From a bacterium (GTDB lineage Bacteria; UBA8248), in the NCBI GenBank assembly GCA_965204535.1, contig CBDBEV010000001.1, positions 2,240,001 through 2,304,000 of the forward strand: a DNA stretch of 64,000 nucleotides, written 5' to 3'. The notes below the pieces were generated by a model, which saw nothing but the letters and a program-made list of their open reading frames with translations, searched no databases and had not been told where the DNA came from. The position numbers and the translations under genes were made by a program. Of this stretch, positions 10,110 to 19,943 are shown piece after piece (position 1 is the first letter of the stretch; each line of letters opens with the position of its first letter).

Positions 10110-10913
10110 GTGCCTCCAATTCTCACGATCAAGAACCTGCAAAAAGAATTCTTCTCGCGTGGAAACCGCGTGCTCGCCGTCGAGGATTTGAGCCTCGAGA
10201 TCGAAGAGGGCGAGTTCCTCACCATCGTGGGGCCGAGCGGCTGCGGGAAGTCCACGCTGCTGAACTGCATCATCGGGCTGGTGCACCCCACTTCGGGCGT
10301 CATCACCTACAAGGACAGGAAGCTTCACGGCATCAACACCGATATCGGCTACGTGCCGCAGTCGGACTATCTCTACCAATGGCGCACGCTCATCAACAAC
10401 GTCGCCTTTCCGCTGGAGATGCGCGGCGTCGATCAGAAGACCCGCCACGAAAAGGCGCGCGAACTCATCCAGCGCGTCGGCCTCGCGGGGTTCGAGGATC
10501 ACTACCCACACGAACTCTCGGGCGGAATGCGCCAGCGGGCCAACATCATACGCACTCTTATTTACGACCCGGAAGTCATCCTGATGGACGAGCCGTTCGG
10601 GCCGCTCGACGCCCAGACGCGGATCATCCTTCAGGACCAGCTTCTGAAACTCTGGCGCGAGGCGCGGAAGACCGTCATCTTCATTACGCACGATCTCGTC
10701 GAGGCCATCGCCCTGGCCGACAGGGTCGTCGTCATGACGAGCCGGCCCGGCAACTTGAGGAGCGTCGCCGAAGTGGACATCCCGCGTCCGCGCGACGTGT
10801 TCACCATCCACAGCGAGGAATCGTTCCGCAAAACCTACGACCAGCTGTGGCAGGAATTGCGCGAGGAGGTCCAGCGCAGCGAAGATTGGATGAAAAACGG
10901 GTCCGCCGGTTAA
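10110..10913 (+). CDS. NitT/TauT ABC transporter ATP-binding protein
   Basis: Walker A GPSGCGKST, LSGGMRQR, ILMDEPFGPLD. Confidence 0.95.
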   Translation: MPPILTIKNLQKEFFSRGNRVLAVEDLSLEIEEGEFLTIVGPSGCGKSTLLNCIIGLVHPTSGVITYKDRKLHGINTDIGYVPQSDYLYQWRTLINNVAFPLEMRGVDQKTRHEKARELIQRVGLAGFEDHYPHELSGGMRQRANIIRTLIYDPEVILMDEPFGPLDAQTRIILQDQLLKLWREARKTVIFITHDLVEAIALADRVVVMTSRPGNLRSVAEVDIPRPRDVFTIHSEESFRKTYDQLWQELREEVQRSEDWMKNGSAG

Positions 10914-10938
10914 ACGAGCGGATGAGAGGGGGAACCCC

Positions 10939-12036
10939 ATGGTCGACATGATCGATAAAGAGGCGAGTGAGGACAAGGGAGTGGACGAACCCGAACAGAG
11001 TGCTCAGGAGGCTCCCGCCCGCGTCCGGTTGCCCAAGCTGGGCGAGATCCTCCTGACGATTCCCTTGCCGGGCGTACCCCAGATCTGGCGGGGCGATTAC
11101 CTGATTGGCGCGCTCCTGCTGGGCCTCACCGCGGCCGGCTACATGATGTGCTCCGTCACGGGCATGTTCTTCCACGCCATCGCGTTCGTGGACGTCTCCA
11201 TCACGCACACCGGCCGCATCATCAAGAACTCGCGCCTGCGCATGTTCGCCTACCGGGCCTCGTTCGCGATCGGCTTTCTGGCGATGTGGGAACTCAGCGC
11301 ATGGGAACTCGGCCCCAAGCAATGGCTCTGCGTCGATCCCTTCTGGTTCGGTTCGCCCCTGCGCGTCATGGACTATATGGTGGAGATAACGCTCTCGGGC
11401 AGCCTGTTCATCGACACGTGGACGACGATGTACGAGGCGTTCCTGGGTTACGTCCTGGGCGCGGCGCTCGGCATCGCCCTGGGCTTCATACTGGCGCGTC
11501 TGGAGACGCTGGCCGAGATACTCGACCCCTTCATCGTCGCGGTGAACGGCATTCCGCGCGTGGCGATGGCGCCGATTCTCATCATCTGGTTCGGCATCGG
11601 TGTGGAGTCGAAGATCGTGCTGGCGGTGAGCCTCGTGTTGTTCCTCACCTTCATGAACACCTACTCGGGCTTGAGAGGCGTGGACCCGAACCTCAAGAAT
11701 CTGGCGCAGGTGATGGGCGCGAACGAGATGCAGGTTCTCTGGAAGGTCACGCTGCCCGCCGCGATGCCCTGGATATTGACGGGCCTCAAGATAGGCGTTC
11801 CCTTCGCCATCATCGGGGCCATCCTGGGCGAGTTCATGGCGGCGAGCAAGGGGCTGGGCTTCATGATCCAGCACACGAGCAACCTGTTCAACATCGCGGG
11901 TTCGTTCGCGGGCCTCATCCTGCTCATGTTCATCGTGCTGATCGCCAACGCGGCGGTGAACTGGCTCGAGCGCTATCTCCTGCGCTGGCGGCCGAAGCAG
12001 CAGGCCGCCGGCGAGGGCGCGACGGACGTGTATTAG
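10939..12036 (+). CDS. NitT/TauT ABC transporter permease with N-terminal extension
   Basis: IPRVAMAPILIIWFGIG; EAA-like loop AQVMGANEMQVLWKVTLPAAMP; GEFMAASKGLG. Confidence 0.92.
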   Translation: MVDMIDKEASEDKGVDEPEQSAQEAPARVRLPKLGEILLTIPLPGVPQIWRGDYLIGALLLGLTAAGYMMCSVTGMFFHAIAFVDVSITHTGRIIKNSRLRMFAYRASFAIGFLAMWELSAWELGPKQWLCVDPFWFGSPLRVMDYMVEITLSGSLFIDTWTTMYEAFLGYVLGAALGIALGFILARLETLAEILDPFIVAVNGIPRVAMAPILIIWFGIGVESKIVLAVSLVLFLTFMNTYSGLRGVDPNLKNLAQVMGANEMQVLWKVTLPAAMPWILTGLKIGVPFAIIGAILGEFMAASKGLGFMIQHTSNLFNIAGSFAGLILLMFIVLIANAAVNWLERYLLRWRPKQQAAGEGATDVY

Positions 12037-12119
12037 GGTTTCCGGCTCGTATTCTTTCTGATTGGTCGCAGGGGCGGACCGATGTGTCCGCCCTGGTTGT
12101 CGTGCATGCTGCACCTGTA

Positions 12120-12305
12120 GGGGTTGTTGAATAAGTCCCCCGCCGAGGGAAAATTTGTTTGTGTGTAGGTCGGACATATATGTCCGACATACATGCGACC
12201 CTGCTTTTTTTCACCTACTACAAGGGCCGCATGTATGCGGCCCCTACACTCCCTTCGGCAAGTCGGAATCCCGTTGCCGTCATTGCGGGGTTTTTCAACG
12301 GCCCC
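12120..12305. mobile_element. MITE-like TIR element carrying a REP doublet
   Basis: ggggttgttgaata ... tttttcaacggcccc; flanked on both sides by ctgta (12115-12119, 12306-12310), a possible target-site duplication. Confidence 0.65.
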
Positions 12306-12370
12306 CTGTAGGGGCGACCTCCTCCTCGGGGGCGCCCCACAGTTCGCGAAACGCCCCTGCGCTTTTGGTC

Positions 12371-12534
12371 GTCATTCCGGCGCATGCCGGAATCCAGAAC
12401 CGATGAGAGAACCAGAGATCGAGGGAATCCCGCCGCCTCTGACGGATTGCCGAGCACTCGCCTTTTATCCATTCTCGTCCGCTCTGGATTCCGTCGAACA
12501 CTCCCTCCTCGGTCGGGTCCGACACCGGAATGAC
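12371..12534 (+). repeat. dRS3-like element, copy 1
   Basis: gtcattccggcgcatgccggaatccag ... ctggattccg ... ccggaatgac; homologous to the reverse complement of 20729-20868. Confidence 0.8.
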
Positions 12535-12650
12535 GGCAATCTGCAATTCGGGACCTATGGGGGGCGGAAACCGTAGGGACAGGTCGCGACCTGTCCTTAC
12601 AATTTCATCGCACCTGCCGTAGGGACAACCCCCCGTGGTTGTCCGTTTTT

Positions 12651-13442
12651 CTATTCCCCCGCCTCCGGCGGCCAGGGCGTGACGCCGATTTCTCCGCGCA
12701 TCAGGCGGCGGAACGCGACCCGCCGCCGGATATCGCGCGAGACGGCGCTCACGACGCGCCGCCACGCCACGTACAGCACGCCGTCGGCACGTCTTTGTTC
12801 TTTACGTGAAAGCGCGCGATAGCGTTCGATCTGGGAATCGCCTTGCTCATCTTCCGAGACGACGGGGGGATCGATATAATATACGTTCAGCCCGTTTTCC
12901 CAGAAACGAGGGATGGCTTGGTCGATCTCCCACATCATAATAGGTGTGTTCTCAAGAAAATGGCGGGCCGCCTCGCGCGTGATGACGTAGCCTTCATTCC
13001 CGTAGTCGTGGTAGCGCACCCGGCCGACTTGGTGCCCAGTTTCCATGCGCTCGCAGGGAATGAAGGTTCTGGACGAGCGCCGGTTCAGCTTGACGACGTC
13101 GAAGGCGAACGGCCTGCGCTCGAGCGCGTCCAGCACCTCGGGCAAGTCTACCGATAACACGGCGTCATCCTCGAAGACCGCCGCTGTTTCCGGACCGTTC
13201 TCGACGATTTCCCGCATCACCTGCCGCTGGCTTAGCCAGTTGGCGATGGAGCCGTCGGCCTGGGGCCAGAGTCCCAGGCGCCGCCTGGTTTCCCTGTCGA
13301 CTTGGGCGTAGTGCTCCGGCGTGAGTTCTCGGGCGTCGACGGCTCGGTGAAACGTCGCCTCAAGCCCCAGCGATGCGAATTGTTCCTCCATCCGGCGACG
13401 GCGCTCGCAGGCCCTTTCGAGATTGATGACGAACGCTTTCAT
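12651..13442 (-). CDS. Glycosyltransferase family 25 (LPS/LOS beta-galactosyltransferase-like)
   Basis: Start moved to ATG 13442 (MKAFVINLERACERRRRM); AVFEDDA, GYVITREAA, IDQ motifs. Confidence 0.88.
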   Translation of the reverse strand: MKAFVINLERACERRRRMEEQFASLGLEATFHRAVDARELTPEHYAQVDRETRRRLGLWPQADGSIANWLSQRQVMREIVENGPETAAVFEDDAVLSVDLPEVLDALERRPFAFDVVKLNRRSSRTFIPCERMETGHQVGRVRYHDYGNEGYVITREAARHFLENTPIMMWEIDQAIPRFWENGLNVYYIDPPVVSEDEQGDSQIERYRALSRKEQRRADGVLYVAWRRVVSAVSRDIRRRVAFRRLMRGEIGVTPWPPEAGE

Positions 13443-13516
13443 GGTCGGGTCCCCTCGTGTCGGCGAATCTTTCTCGTGTGCCGCCGGACGATTCTGACGC
13501 ATATCCTCCCGAATTA

Positions 13517-14707
13517 TCAAAGCGCTTGGCGGCGTTTGCGCACCAGGTCGAGGATCAGGCGCTCGTACTGATCGATCGAGGCGTCGAAGGAGAACTCCTG
13601 CGCCCTGGCGAGCAACGCCTCTTTATCCGGCGGGGAATCGAGAACGCGCTCCATGGCCGCCGCAAGCGCGGAATCATCCCCCACCGGAACGAGCGGGCCG
13701 AACCGACCATTATCGAGGATTTCCGACGCGCCGGCTTGGCAGTTCGTGCTGACGCACGGGCAGCCGCACGCCATCGCCTCGATCAGGACAGTGGGCAGAC
13801 CTTCATACCTGGAAGAAAGAACGAACAGCGAGGCGCGGCTCATGAAGGCGTAAGGATTCGAGGCCCAACCGGGCAGAGACACTTTTGCTTCCACCCCCAA
13901 TTTGCGGGTCATTTTCTCCAGCCTCTTCCGCCATCTCCCTTCACCGAGAATGATCAGGCGGGCATCGCGATTTTTGGAGATTCGGGCAAACGCGCGCAAC
14001 AGGGTCGGATAATCCTTGACCCGAGCCAGCCGACCGGCGCTCAAGATAACCGGGGGTCCGTTGTCCAGCATCCAGGGATGATCTGGAACGGCGCGAGCCA
14101 ACTTATCAATTTCCGCGATGTCAGCCGGATTGTAGATTCGGGTTATTTTATTCCGGGGGATTCCAAGCTTGAGGGCGAGGTTGTCGGCAACGCCGTCCGA
14201 TACGGCGACAATATGATCCGCCGTGGGGAATAGAATCGCATAGAGCTTGCGGAATCTGCGCTTTCTGTTCATGAGGACGCTGTGCACTGTCGGGATTGTA
14301 ACGGGGTTCAGCTTAGTGAAACCTAGCGCTAGCAGCGCCGCCGATTTCGATCCGGGGAGAGAAGGGAGGATGAAGTCCGGTTCTTTATCGTCGATATAGG
14401 CGGTCACGGAACGGGCGTCGCCCAGTAAATCTCTTCGTAAAAATTTCAGTATTCTGAAACCGAAGCGCCGCGCGAGGTGCACGCGGTCTCGAAAGTCATT
14501 TATCGGTTCTTGTTTCAATACGAACCGGCGCGCCCCGTCAGGGACTTCATTTGCGAGCGTATCTGTTTCCTTAAACTGGAGGAGGTCTACCGTATATCCG
14601 CGTTCAACCAGCCCGCGCGCCAATCTCAGTACGGAGCGTTCCGCGCCGCCGCCGCCCAAGTGAGGAATGGCGAGAACAATTCGCAAGGATTCTTTAGGTT
14701 CGCTCAT
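13517..14707 (-). CDS. Glycosyltransferase family 4
   Basis: GGGAERSV, AGRLARVKDY, SSRYEGLPTVLIEAMACG. Confidence 0.93.
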   Translation of the reverse strand: MSEPKESLRIVLAIPHLGGGGAERSVLRLARGLVERGYTVDLLQFKETDTLANEVPDGARRFVLKQEPINDFRDRVHLARRFGFRILKFLRRDLLGDARSVTAYIDDKEPDFILPSLPGSKSAALLALGFTKLNPVTIPTVHSVLMNRKRRFRKLYAILFPTADHIVAVSDGVADNLALKLGIPRNKITRIYNPADIAEIDKLARAVPDHPWMLDNGPPVILSAGRLARVKDYPTLLRAFARISKNRDARLIILGEGRWRKRLEKMTRKLGVEAKVSLPGWASNPYAFMSRASLFVLSSRYEGLPTVLIEAMACGCPCVSTNCQAGASEILDNGRFGPLVPVGDDSALAAAMERVLDSPPDKEALLARAQEFSFDASIDQYERLILDLVRKRRQAL

Positions 14708-14731
14708 TTTTATAATGACCCTTGGGCATCC

Positions 14732-16240
14732 CTAACATTCATTTTTCCCTTTTATCAGCACATACGATATTTGAAAATTTCTGTCTGGAGCCCCGATCAA
14801 TGGTTTTGAAATCGTCTGCGCTGCGGGAATTTCTCGACCGCTGCGGTTTTTCTCCAATCGCATTGCCAACGCACGGGGCGCTGCATCGGGTTCGCCTCTC
14901 CAGATGCTCAAACAATCTACAGCCCCTCCAGGAACTGGAAGCTCTTGATCAAAATTGCGCGGAGCACGAACGAGGCTGTCAGGAAAGAGAATACTGAAAT
15001 TGCCAGCGATATCATGCCCGTCGGCGAAAATCACACCACCAGTAAAGCCACTGGCTTTCAAATCATCGGCAATCGCCGCAACAGGAATAAACTGGCGGCA
15101 GTTGGTGCATTGGTTTGGCCCAAATTCATTCAGCGCGAACCTCGCGCCGAGCGCCACCAGTGAAGCGCATGCAACGACAAGCAGATAGTTTCGTGCCCGA
15201 TTCCAGGCGGGCACCCCATCCAACCGCGCAAATGCCCATAGCGGGACGATAAACAACGGGACGTGAAACCACCGGGCTTTGACTTTTTCTGCGGCCAACA
15301 GGAAGAAAAGAGCAGCGATGGCCAGCATCCCGATTACGATGGTGCGAGCGAGTATCTTGCGATATCCGAACGGGTCGTCCTTTCGGGGTTTCGTCCATCG
15401 TAACAACTCCGGGATCGCGAGGGCCCCGAGGACGGGTAGAGATAGATATTCCAGAGTTTTGAGGATGGTGAGGCCGACAGCACATACTCGAAGCCATAGC
15501 CCGGCGCCGGCTGCATCCGCCTCCACCAGTTGTTCAGCAGAACCTAACGGTTCGAAGCCATTCTTGATTAGCCAATAAAGATGCGGCGAGGTAACTGCAA
15601 AACCCGCGATGAACAAGAGAAGAACACCCGGAAGACGCAACCTGTGTCTGACATCAGGTGATGTGAGTATTGTCATCAACCCCGCGGCGGCAAAGACGGC
15701 GAAGTTATACTTGGCCAGTATACCTGCAGCCAAAGCAATTCCAAGGAAGGCGTAGTCACGAAGCCTGCCGGATTCGACCACACGCGCATAAAAGTAAACG
15801 CTCGCGGCGATTGCAACAGCAAGCAGATTCGTATGGGTGAGGTCGTGATGGTTATAAAACGCTATCGTATAGAAAAGGAGATAGGAAAGAACACAAAGCG
15901 CCGCGCACCGTTGATCCGCAACGAACTTCCTTGCCGTAAGGTACAAAAAAAGAAAACACAGAAACTGAAGGAGATAACGCAGGATGGAATGAGCCACGAG
16001 ATTGTGGCCCGACACTTTGCTGACGGCAATCAGCAACCATGTATAGAGGGGCGGTTGCCTGAAACCATAACCTCCGGCCAGGGATTGCGCGTAAAGCGCC
16101 TGTTCCGCGTCATCAATGCCGAGAGTCGGTGACATCATGAAGCGAACGGCGGCATGCAGCAGCACATATGCGAGGATCCCGACGACCACCAGAAACGGAC
16201 TCACCAAAATCCTCGATGCTCGTTCAGGCCAGACACGCAT
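14732..16240 (-). CDS. ArnT/PMT-like (GT39/GT83) membrane glycosyltransferase
   Basis: Multi-TM; DDAEQ, QPPLYTWL, GILAKYN motifs; downstream of GT2 and lipid-A N-domain genes. Confidence 0.82.
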   Translation of the reverse strand: MRVWPERASRILVSPFLVVVGILAYVLLHAAVRFMMSPTLGIDDAEQALYAQSLAGGYGFRQPPLYTWLLIAVSKVSGHNLVAHSILRYLLQFLCFLFLYLTARKFVADQRCAALCVLSYLLFYTIAFYNHHDLTHTNLLAVAIAASVYFYARVVESGRLRDYAFLGIALAAGILAKYNFAVFAAAGLMTILTSPDVRHRLRLPGVLLLFIAGFAVTSPHLYWLIKNGFEPLGSAEQLVEADAAGAGLWLRVCAVGLTILKTLEYLSLPVLGALAIPELLRWTKPRKDDPFGYRKILARTIVIGMLAIAALFFLLAAEKVKARWFHVPLFIVPLWAFARLDGVPAWNRARNYLLVVACASLVALGARFALNEFGPNQCTNCRQFIPVAAIADDLKASGFTGGVIFADGHDIAGNFSILFPDSLVRAPRNFDQELPVPGGAVDCLSIWRGEPDAAPRALAMRLEKNRSGREIPAAQTISKPLIGAPDRNFQISYVLIKGKNEC

Positions 16241-16276
16241 CGTCGCGCAAATCCCTTTCGCAAAATACTATGGAAT

Positions 16277-16582
16277 CTATACTCGGGCCGCAGTTGGAAT
16301 TCGTTCCCGATGGATGAAGATAAGGTTCCGAATATATATGAAGAGGGCTACACCTTGCCCCAGGATTAGAACTATTTCCTTTCGATGCAGGCCATAGATC
16401 AACACGATCGTTGCGCCCGCAATGGAGAAATACCAAAAGATGCGCGGAATAATCGAGCGTCCGGCCTGCTCACTGGTATACCACTGGCAAACAAAGCGCA
16501 GAAAGAACATTCCTTGTCCGGCAAGGCCCACAATCGTCCATGTATCGAATCGGGCCATGAGTTCATTGATGTAGATAGCCAT
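16277..16582 (-). CDS. Lipid-A-disaccharide synthase N-terminal domain (LAB_N) membrane protein
   Basis: GQGMFFLRFVCQWYTSE, PRIFWYFSIAG, ILGQ, YIRNL signature. Confidence 0.9.
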   Translation of the reverse strand: MAIYINELMARFDTWTIVGLAGQGMFFLRFVCQWYTSEQAGRSIIPRIFWYFSIAGATIVLIYGLHRKEIVLILGQGVALFIYIRNLIFIHRERIPTAARV

Positions 16583-17380
16583 TTATTCCTCGTTTTCGTT
16601 TCTGGGAGAGCGTTCTTCGAACTTTATTTCTGCTGCGCAAGGTCGCTTAAAAAGCCACAGCACTCCGAAGATGTCCGGTATTGTTTCCACCAGTCTGTCG
16701 ATGGTTCCATATTTCGATTGTCCGTGCCTGCGCGGCCGATCATCCACATCGACCTCAACGACCGTTCCGCCTGCGCGAATCACCAGCGGGGCGTAAAATC
16801 TGTGCATCGTGCGGAACGAAGGCAGTGCGAGCAACAACTCCCGACGCAAGACCTTTACGCCGCAAGCCATGTCATTTGTCGGGTCTTTGAACAATCGGCG
16901 GCGCAGAGAGTTGATCAGGCGTGAGGACACCTTTTTAAGTAGTCCGTCGTGACGGTGGCGACGGCGGCCGCAAACCAGATCCGCTTGGATTCTTCCATCC
17001 AGCAATTCACTGACGATATGCGCAGAATCGCGAGGGTCATTCTGACCGTCCCCATCGAGCGTGGCTATCCAGGGCGCGCGCGCACAACGCGCACCGGCCA
17101 GAATAGCGGCGCTTTTACCCGCACGCCGGGAGAGACGGATCAGGTGAACAGACCGCCTGCCGCGCATTTCTTCCCGAACTTCCACAACGCTCTCATCCTG
17201 GCTGGCGTCGTCCACGACCAGGATTTCGCAGGGGATCTCCGAAAAAGCCCCTTCCACTTCGCCAAGAAACGGCCCGATGTTGCCGGCTTCGTTGTACACT
17301 GGAATCACAACGGAAACGAAGGGTATTTCGGCTTTGTCATTTGGAGCAGTCATCTTATTTTGGTCCATCTCCAAACACAT
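16583..17380 (-). CDS. Glycosyltransferase family 2, polyprenol-phosphate glycosyltransferase (ArnC/DPM1-like)
   Basis: SVVIPVYNEAGNI, VVDDAS, LDGDGQNDP, RPRRHGQSKYG; exact start uncertain. Confidence 0.92.
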   Translation of the reverse strand: MCLEMDQNKMTAPNDKAEIPFVSVVIPVYNEAGNIGPFLGEVEGAFSEIPCEILVVDDASQDESVVEVREEMRGRRSVHLIRLSRRAGKSAAILAGARCARAPWIATLDGDGQNDPRDSAHIVSELLDGRIQADLVCGRRRHRHDGLLKKVSSRLINSLRRRLFKDPTNDMACGVKVLRRELLLALPSFRTMHRFYAPLVIRAGGTVVEVDVDDRPRRHGQSKYGTIDRLVETIPDIFGVLWLFKRPCAAEIKFEERSPRNENEE

Positions 17381-17531
17381 GAATCTTCAACGCCTGCGTC
17401 TTGCTTCGGCGCATGGCTCAATATCCGCCGTTTCATCCCTTTGTTCCGGTTTGTTTACCGGGTCTGCACGGAAATTCATGGAATTTTTTCGTAAATTTCC
17501 GCAGGCCGGTTTTGTTCCATCTCCGTGGGCG

Positions 17532-17559
17532 ATAGTAGCATTTTTCGGCTATGGGGTAA
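17532..17559 (-). promoter_or_regulatory. Putative sigma70 promoter, copy 1 of a triplicated segment
   Basis: Minus strand TTACCC-16bp-TACTAT with TGn extension, upstream of the GT2 operon. Confidence 0.5.
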
Positions 17560-17702
17560 CGGGTAGGGCGCGAGATTCTTTGGGCGGCAATCGTAGCCGT
17601 CATTGTGGAAGCGCAATGACCCTTACGATACGTGTGGATTCGCTCGTCATTCTGGTGCGATCGGATACAACGGTCCGCCTCCATGCCCGCTTCCCGATCC
17701 GC

Positions 17703-17778
17703 TCAAGGCCAGGACAGGTTGAATATAGGGTCGCTCGATGCTCCGCGCTTTTTCGTACAGCGCGTCGACCCGCTGCTT
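17703..17778 (-). pseudogene. 3' remnant of an FkbM methyltransferase paralog
   Basis: 17701-17778 aligns with 18961-19037; reads KQRVDALYEKARSIERPYI, 1-nt frameshift, NLSWP-stop. Confidence 0.8.
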
Positions 17779-18117
17779 ATTCAAACAACCGTCCTATCTT
17801 CTGAGCTACGAGGGGTTTTCACTATTTGTGCTCCAGGCACAAAAAATAGTTTACCTTGGAGATTAGATTGTTAATTTCAAAGAGGTAACATGATGATCCG
17901 AAATTCGGGAATGCTTATTTGCATCAATTCATAATTTTACGGGTTTTAGTTTTTACTAAAAGTTTTAGTAAGTAAAGAACACTGAACAGAAATTATGGAA
18001 CAATTTATCAGCCCATGGTTTCGTCGTTATCTTTGTTTGACAGGCGATGTGGCTAGGTTCAGAGAAGAAAAGACTTTCAAGTTGTTTCTTCGTTACACAT
18101 AAAGAGGATTATATGCC

Positions 18118-18819
18118 ATGAAGATACGGCACATGATTAACAGACTTATCGCCGGAAGCGGTTATCAGATAGCCAAGGAAACTTCGGGGTCTGGTTCTTA
18201 TTATGATTACGCTCTCCATATCTACAAGAATGAAAATGGGTCGTTCGATTATGCGCGTTATCGGAAAATCCAGCAGGAGGGAAACTTGCGAAAGATTCAG
18301 CAGACGTGGGCTATGGAGGAGAACATCCAGTTTCTCGCTAACTATATTCGAGCCGAAATCGGTACGCCCACGTTCGGAATTTGCCACGGGACTAGACGGG
18401 GAGAAGAACAAGCATGGTTTCGTAAATACTTGAGTTGCGAGGTCATCGGAACGGAAATATCCGATACCGCGAAGGATTTTCCCCATACTGTGCAATGGGA
18501 TTTCCATGAAGAGAACCCTGAATGGTCGAACAGGGCCGATTTTGTCTATAGTAATTCATTAGATCATAGCTACGATCCAGAGATGTGCCTCAATACGTGG
18601 ATCAACAGTTTGAAGATTGGCGGCCTCTGCATTCTGGAACATGATCACCACGAGCATAGCCCGAATAACCAGAACGAACTCGATCCCTTCGGTGTGGATA
18701 TCGTTGTGATGGCCTACATGATTGCGGTTTGGGGGAAAGACCGGTTTTTCCTGAAGGAGTTAATTGACGCACCGCACGGCAACATGCGGCGGTTCTTGAT
18801 TATACAGCGACGAAAATAA
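18118..18819 (+). CDS. Putative class I SAM-dependent methyltransferase-like protein
   Basis: GICHGTRRGEEQ, VIGTEIS, DFVYSNSLDH, LKIGGLCILE; AT-rich upstream region and GAGG RBS. Confidence 0.7.
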   Translation: MKIRHMINRLIAGSGYQIAKETSGSGSYYDYALHIYKNENGSFDYARYRKIQQEGNLRKIQQTWAMEENIQFLANYIRAEIGTPTFGICHGTRRGEEQAWFRKYLSCEVIGTEISDTAKDFPHTVQWDFHEENPEWSNRADFVYSNSLDHSYDPEMCLNTWINSLKIGGLCILEHDHHEHSPNNQNELDPFGVDIVVMAYMIAVWGKDRFFLKELIDAPHGNMRRFLIIQRRK

Positions 18820-18962
18820 CTTCAAGCGTCTTCCTATGGCTGGGGTGGCAGGCGATCATGCCGATCGATAGTGAGCGGTTACCCTCGGCGAAAAAGCAGG
18901 GTTGCATGTATGCAACCCCTACAGATGCGTATTTTCTCCCATGCGCACCCTTCCCTATGCGC

Positions 18963-19658
18963 TCAATGCCAGGACAGGTTGATGCAGGGGCGTTCGATGC
19001 TTTGGGCTTTTATGTAGAGAGCGTCGACCCGCTGCTTGTGAGCAGGGACCCGCTTTTCGTGCGTTTCCGCGAAGATATGGTCGATGCGCGCCAGGACGTC
19101 CGGCCTCTCGAACAAGGATTCGAGCAGTTCGACCTCAGCGCCTTCGATGTCGATCTTGAGTATGCCGACGTCTTCATCGAGATTTTCGAGATAGCGGATG
19201 AAGTCTATCTGTTTGACCTCGACGGCGTCTTCTTCGTGGACGTTCCTCTTGCGGGCGATGACCGAACTCGATTCCGAATACATGGCGGGGTCGCTCTCGA
19301 ATCGGGGGTGTCGGTAGAGAAGAGCCTTCTTCTCGCAAGCTCCTGCCGCCGCGTTCTCTATCTTGACGTTGTCGAGATCCGCAATGTTGGCCTGAAGCTC
19401 GGCAAAAGCCCACGGATCCGGTTCAAAGGCGATGACCCGTTTGGCCCCCATCGCCATCTTTTTGGTGTACGCGCCGACATTGGCGCCCAGGTCGATGCAC
19501 GTCATGCCTTCGGAGCGGCGGAGCGCTTCGTCAAACGCCGCAAGGCTGTGCAGCCCTATGAATTTGCGTTGGTAATAACGCCCCCATTTCCCCGGCAGCC
19601 GGCGCAGCAGGTTGTACCGGAAAAATTTATAGGTTTGATAGAAGCCCGATTTTTTCAT
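18963..19658 (-). CDS. FkbM family methyltransferase
   Basis: IDLGANVGAY, VIAFEPDP, LKIDIEGAEVEL; start moved to ATG 19658. Confidence 0.92.
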   Translation of the reverse strand: MKKSGFYQTYKFFRYNLLRRLPGKWGRYYQRKFIGLHSLAAFDEALRRSEGMTCIDLGANVGAYTKKMAMGAKRVIAFEPDPWAFAELQANIADLDNVKIENAAAGACEKKALLYRHPRFESDPAMYSESSSVIARKRNVHEEDAVEVKQIDFIRYLENLDEDVGILKIDIEGAEVELLESLFERPDVLARIDHIFAETHEKRVPAHKQRVDALYIKAQSIERPCINLSWH

Positions 19659-19698
19659 TGCTCCCCCGCAGACCGGCTCCATTCCATCTCAGCCGGCG

Positions 19699-19727
19699 AT
19701 AGTAGCATTTCTGCGCCGATGGGGTAA
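19699..19727 (-). promoter_or_regulatory. Putative sigma70 promoter, copy 2
   Basis: Minus strand TTACCC-17bp-TACTAT with TGn extension, about 40 bp upstream of the FkbM start. Confidence 0.55.
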
Positions 19728-19943
19728 CGACTCTCGGGTTGCATCCTCTCCTCTCCGGTCGCGTTCGACCCCAAACCCGTTTTACGCAGCCCGTCGCTCC
19801 CCCTCACTCTGAGTAGCGGCGGAGCCGCGTATCCGCCTCAGTGGGCTGGAAGGAATGAATCAGCATTAGCTTTTCTGATGATTCATGGTAGATTTTCCCG
19901 GTGAAAGTTTGTCGAAAAGGGAAAAAACCGGCTGGAGGCGAAA

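Larger units (their letters stand above)
12068..12645. repeat. Intergenic stack of REP-like palindromes between convergent genes
   Basis: GTAG-type hairpins at 12166, 12224-12247, 12308, 12573-12600 and 12619; TIR element 12120-12305; dRS3-like element 12371-12534. Confidence 0.85.

Noticed and set aside
19803-19853. Possible further REP-like family (ctcactctgagtagcggcggagccgcgtatc...gaagg)
   Set aside because: Single degenerate copy in the window, so it cannot be supported as a repeat.
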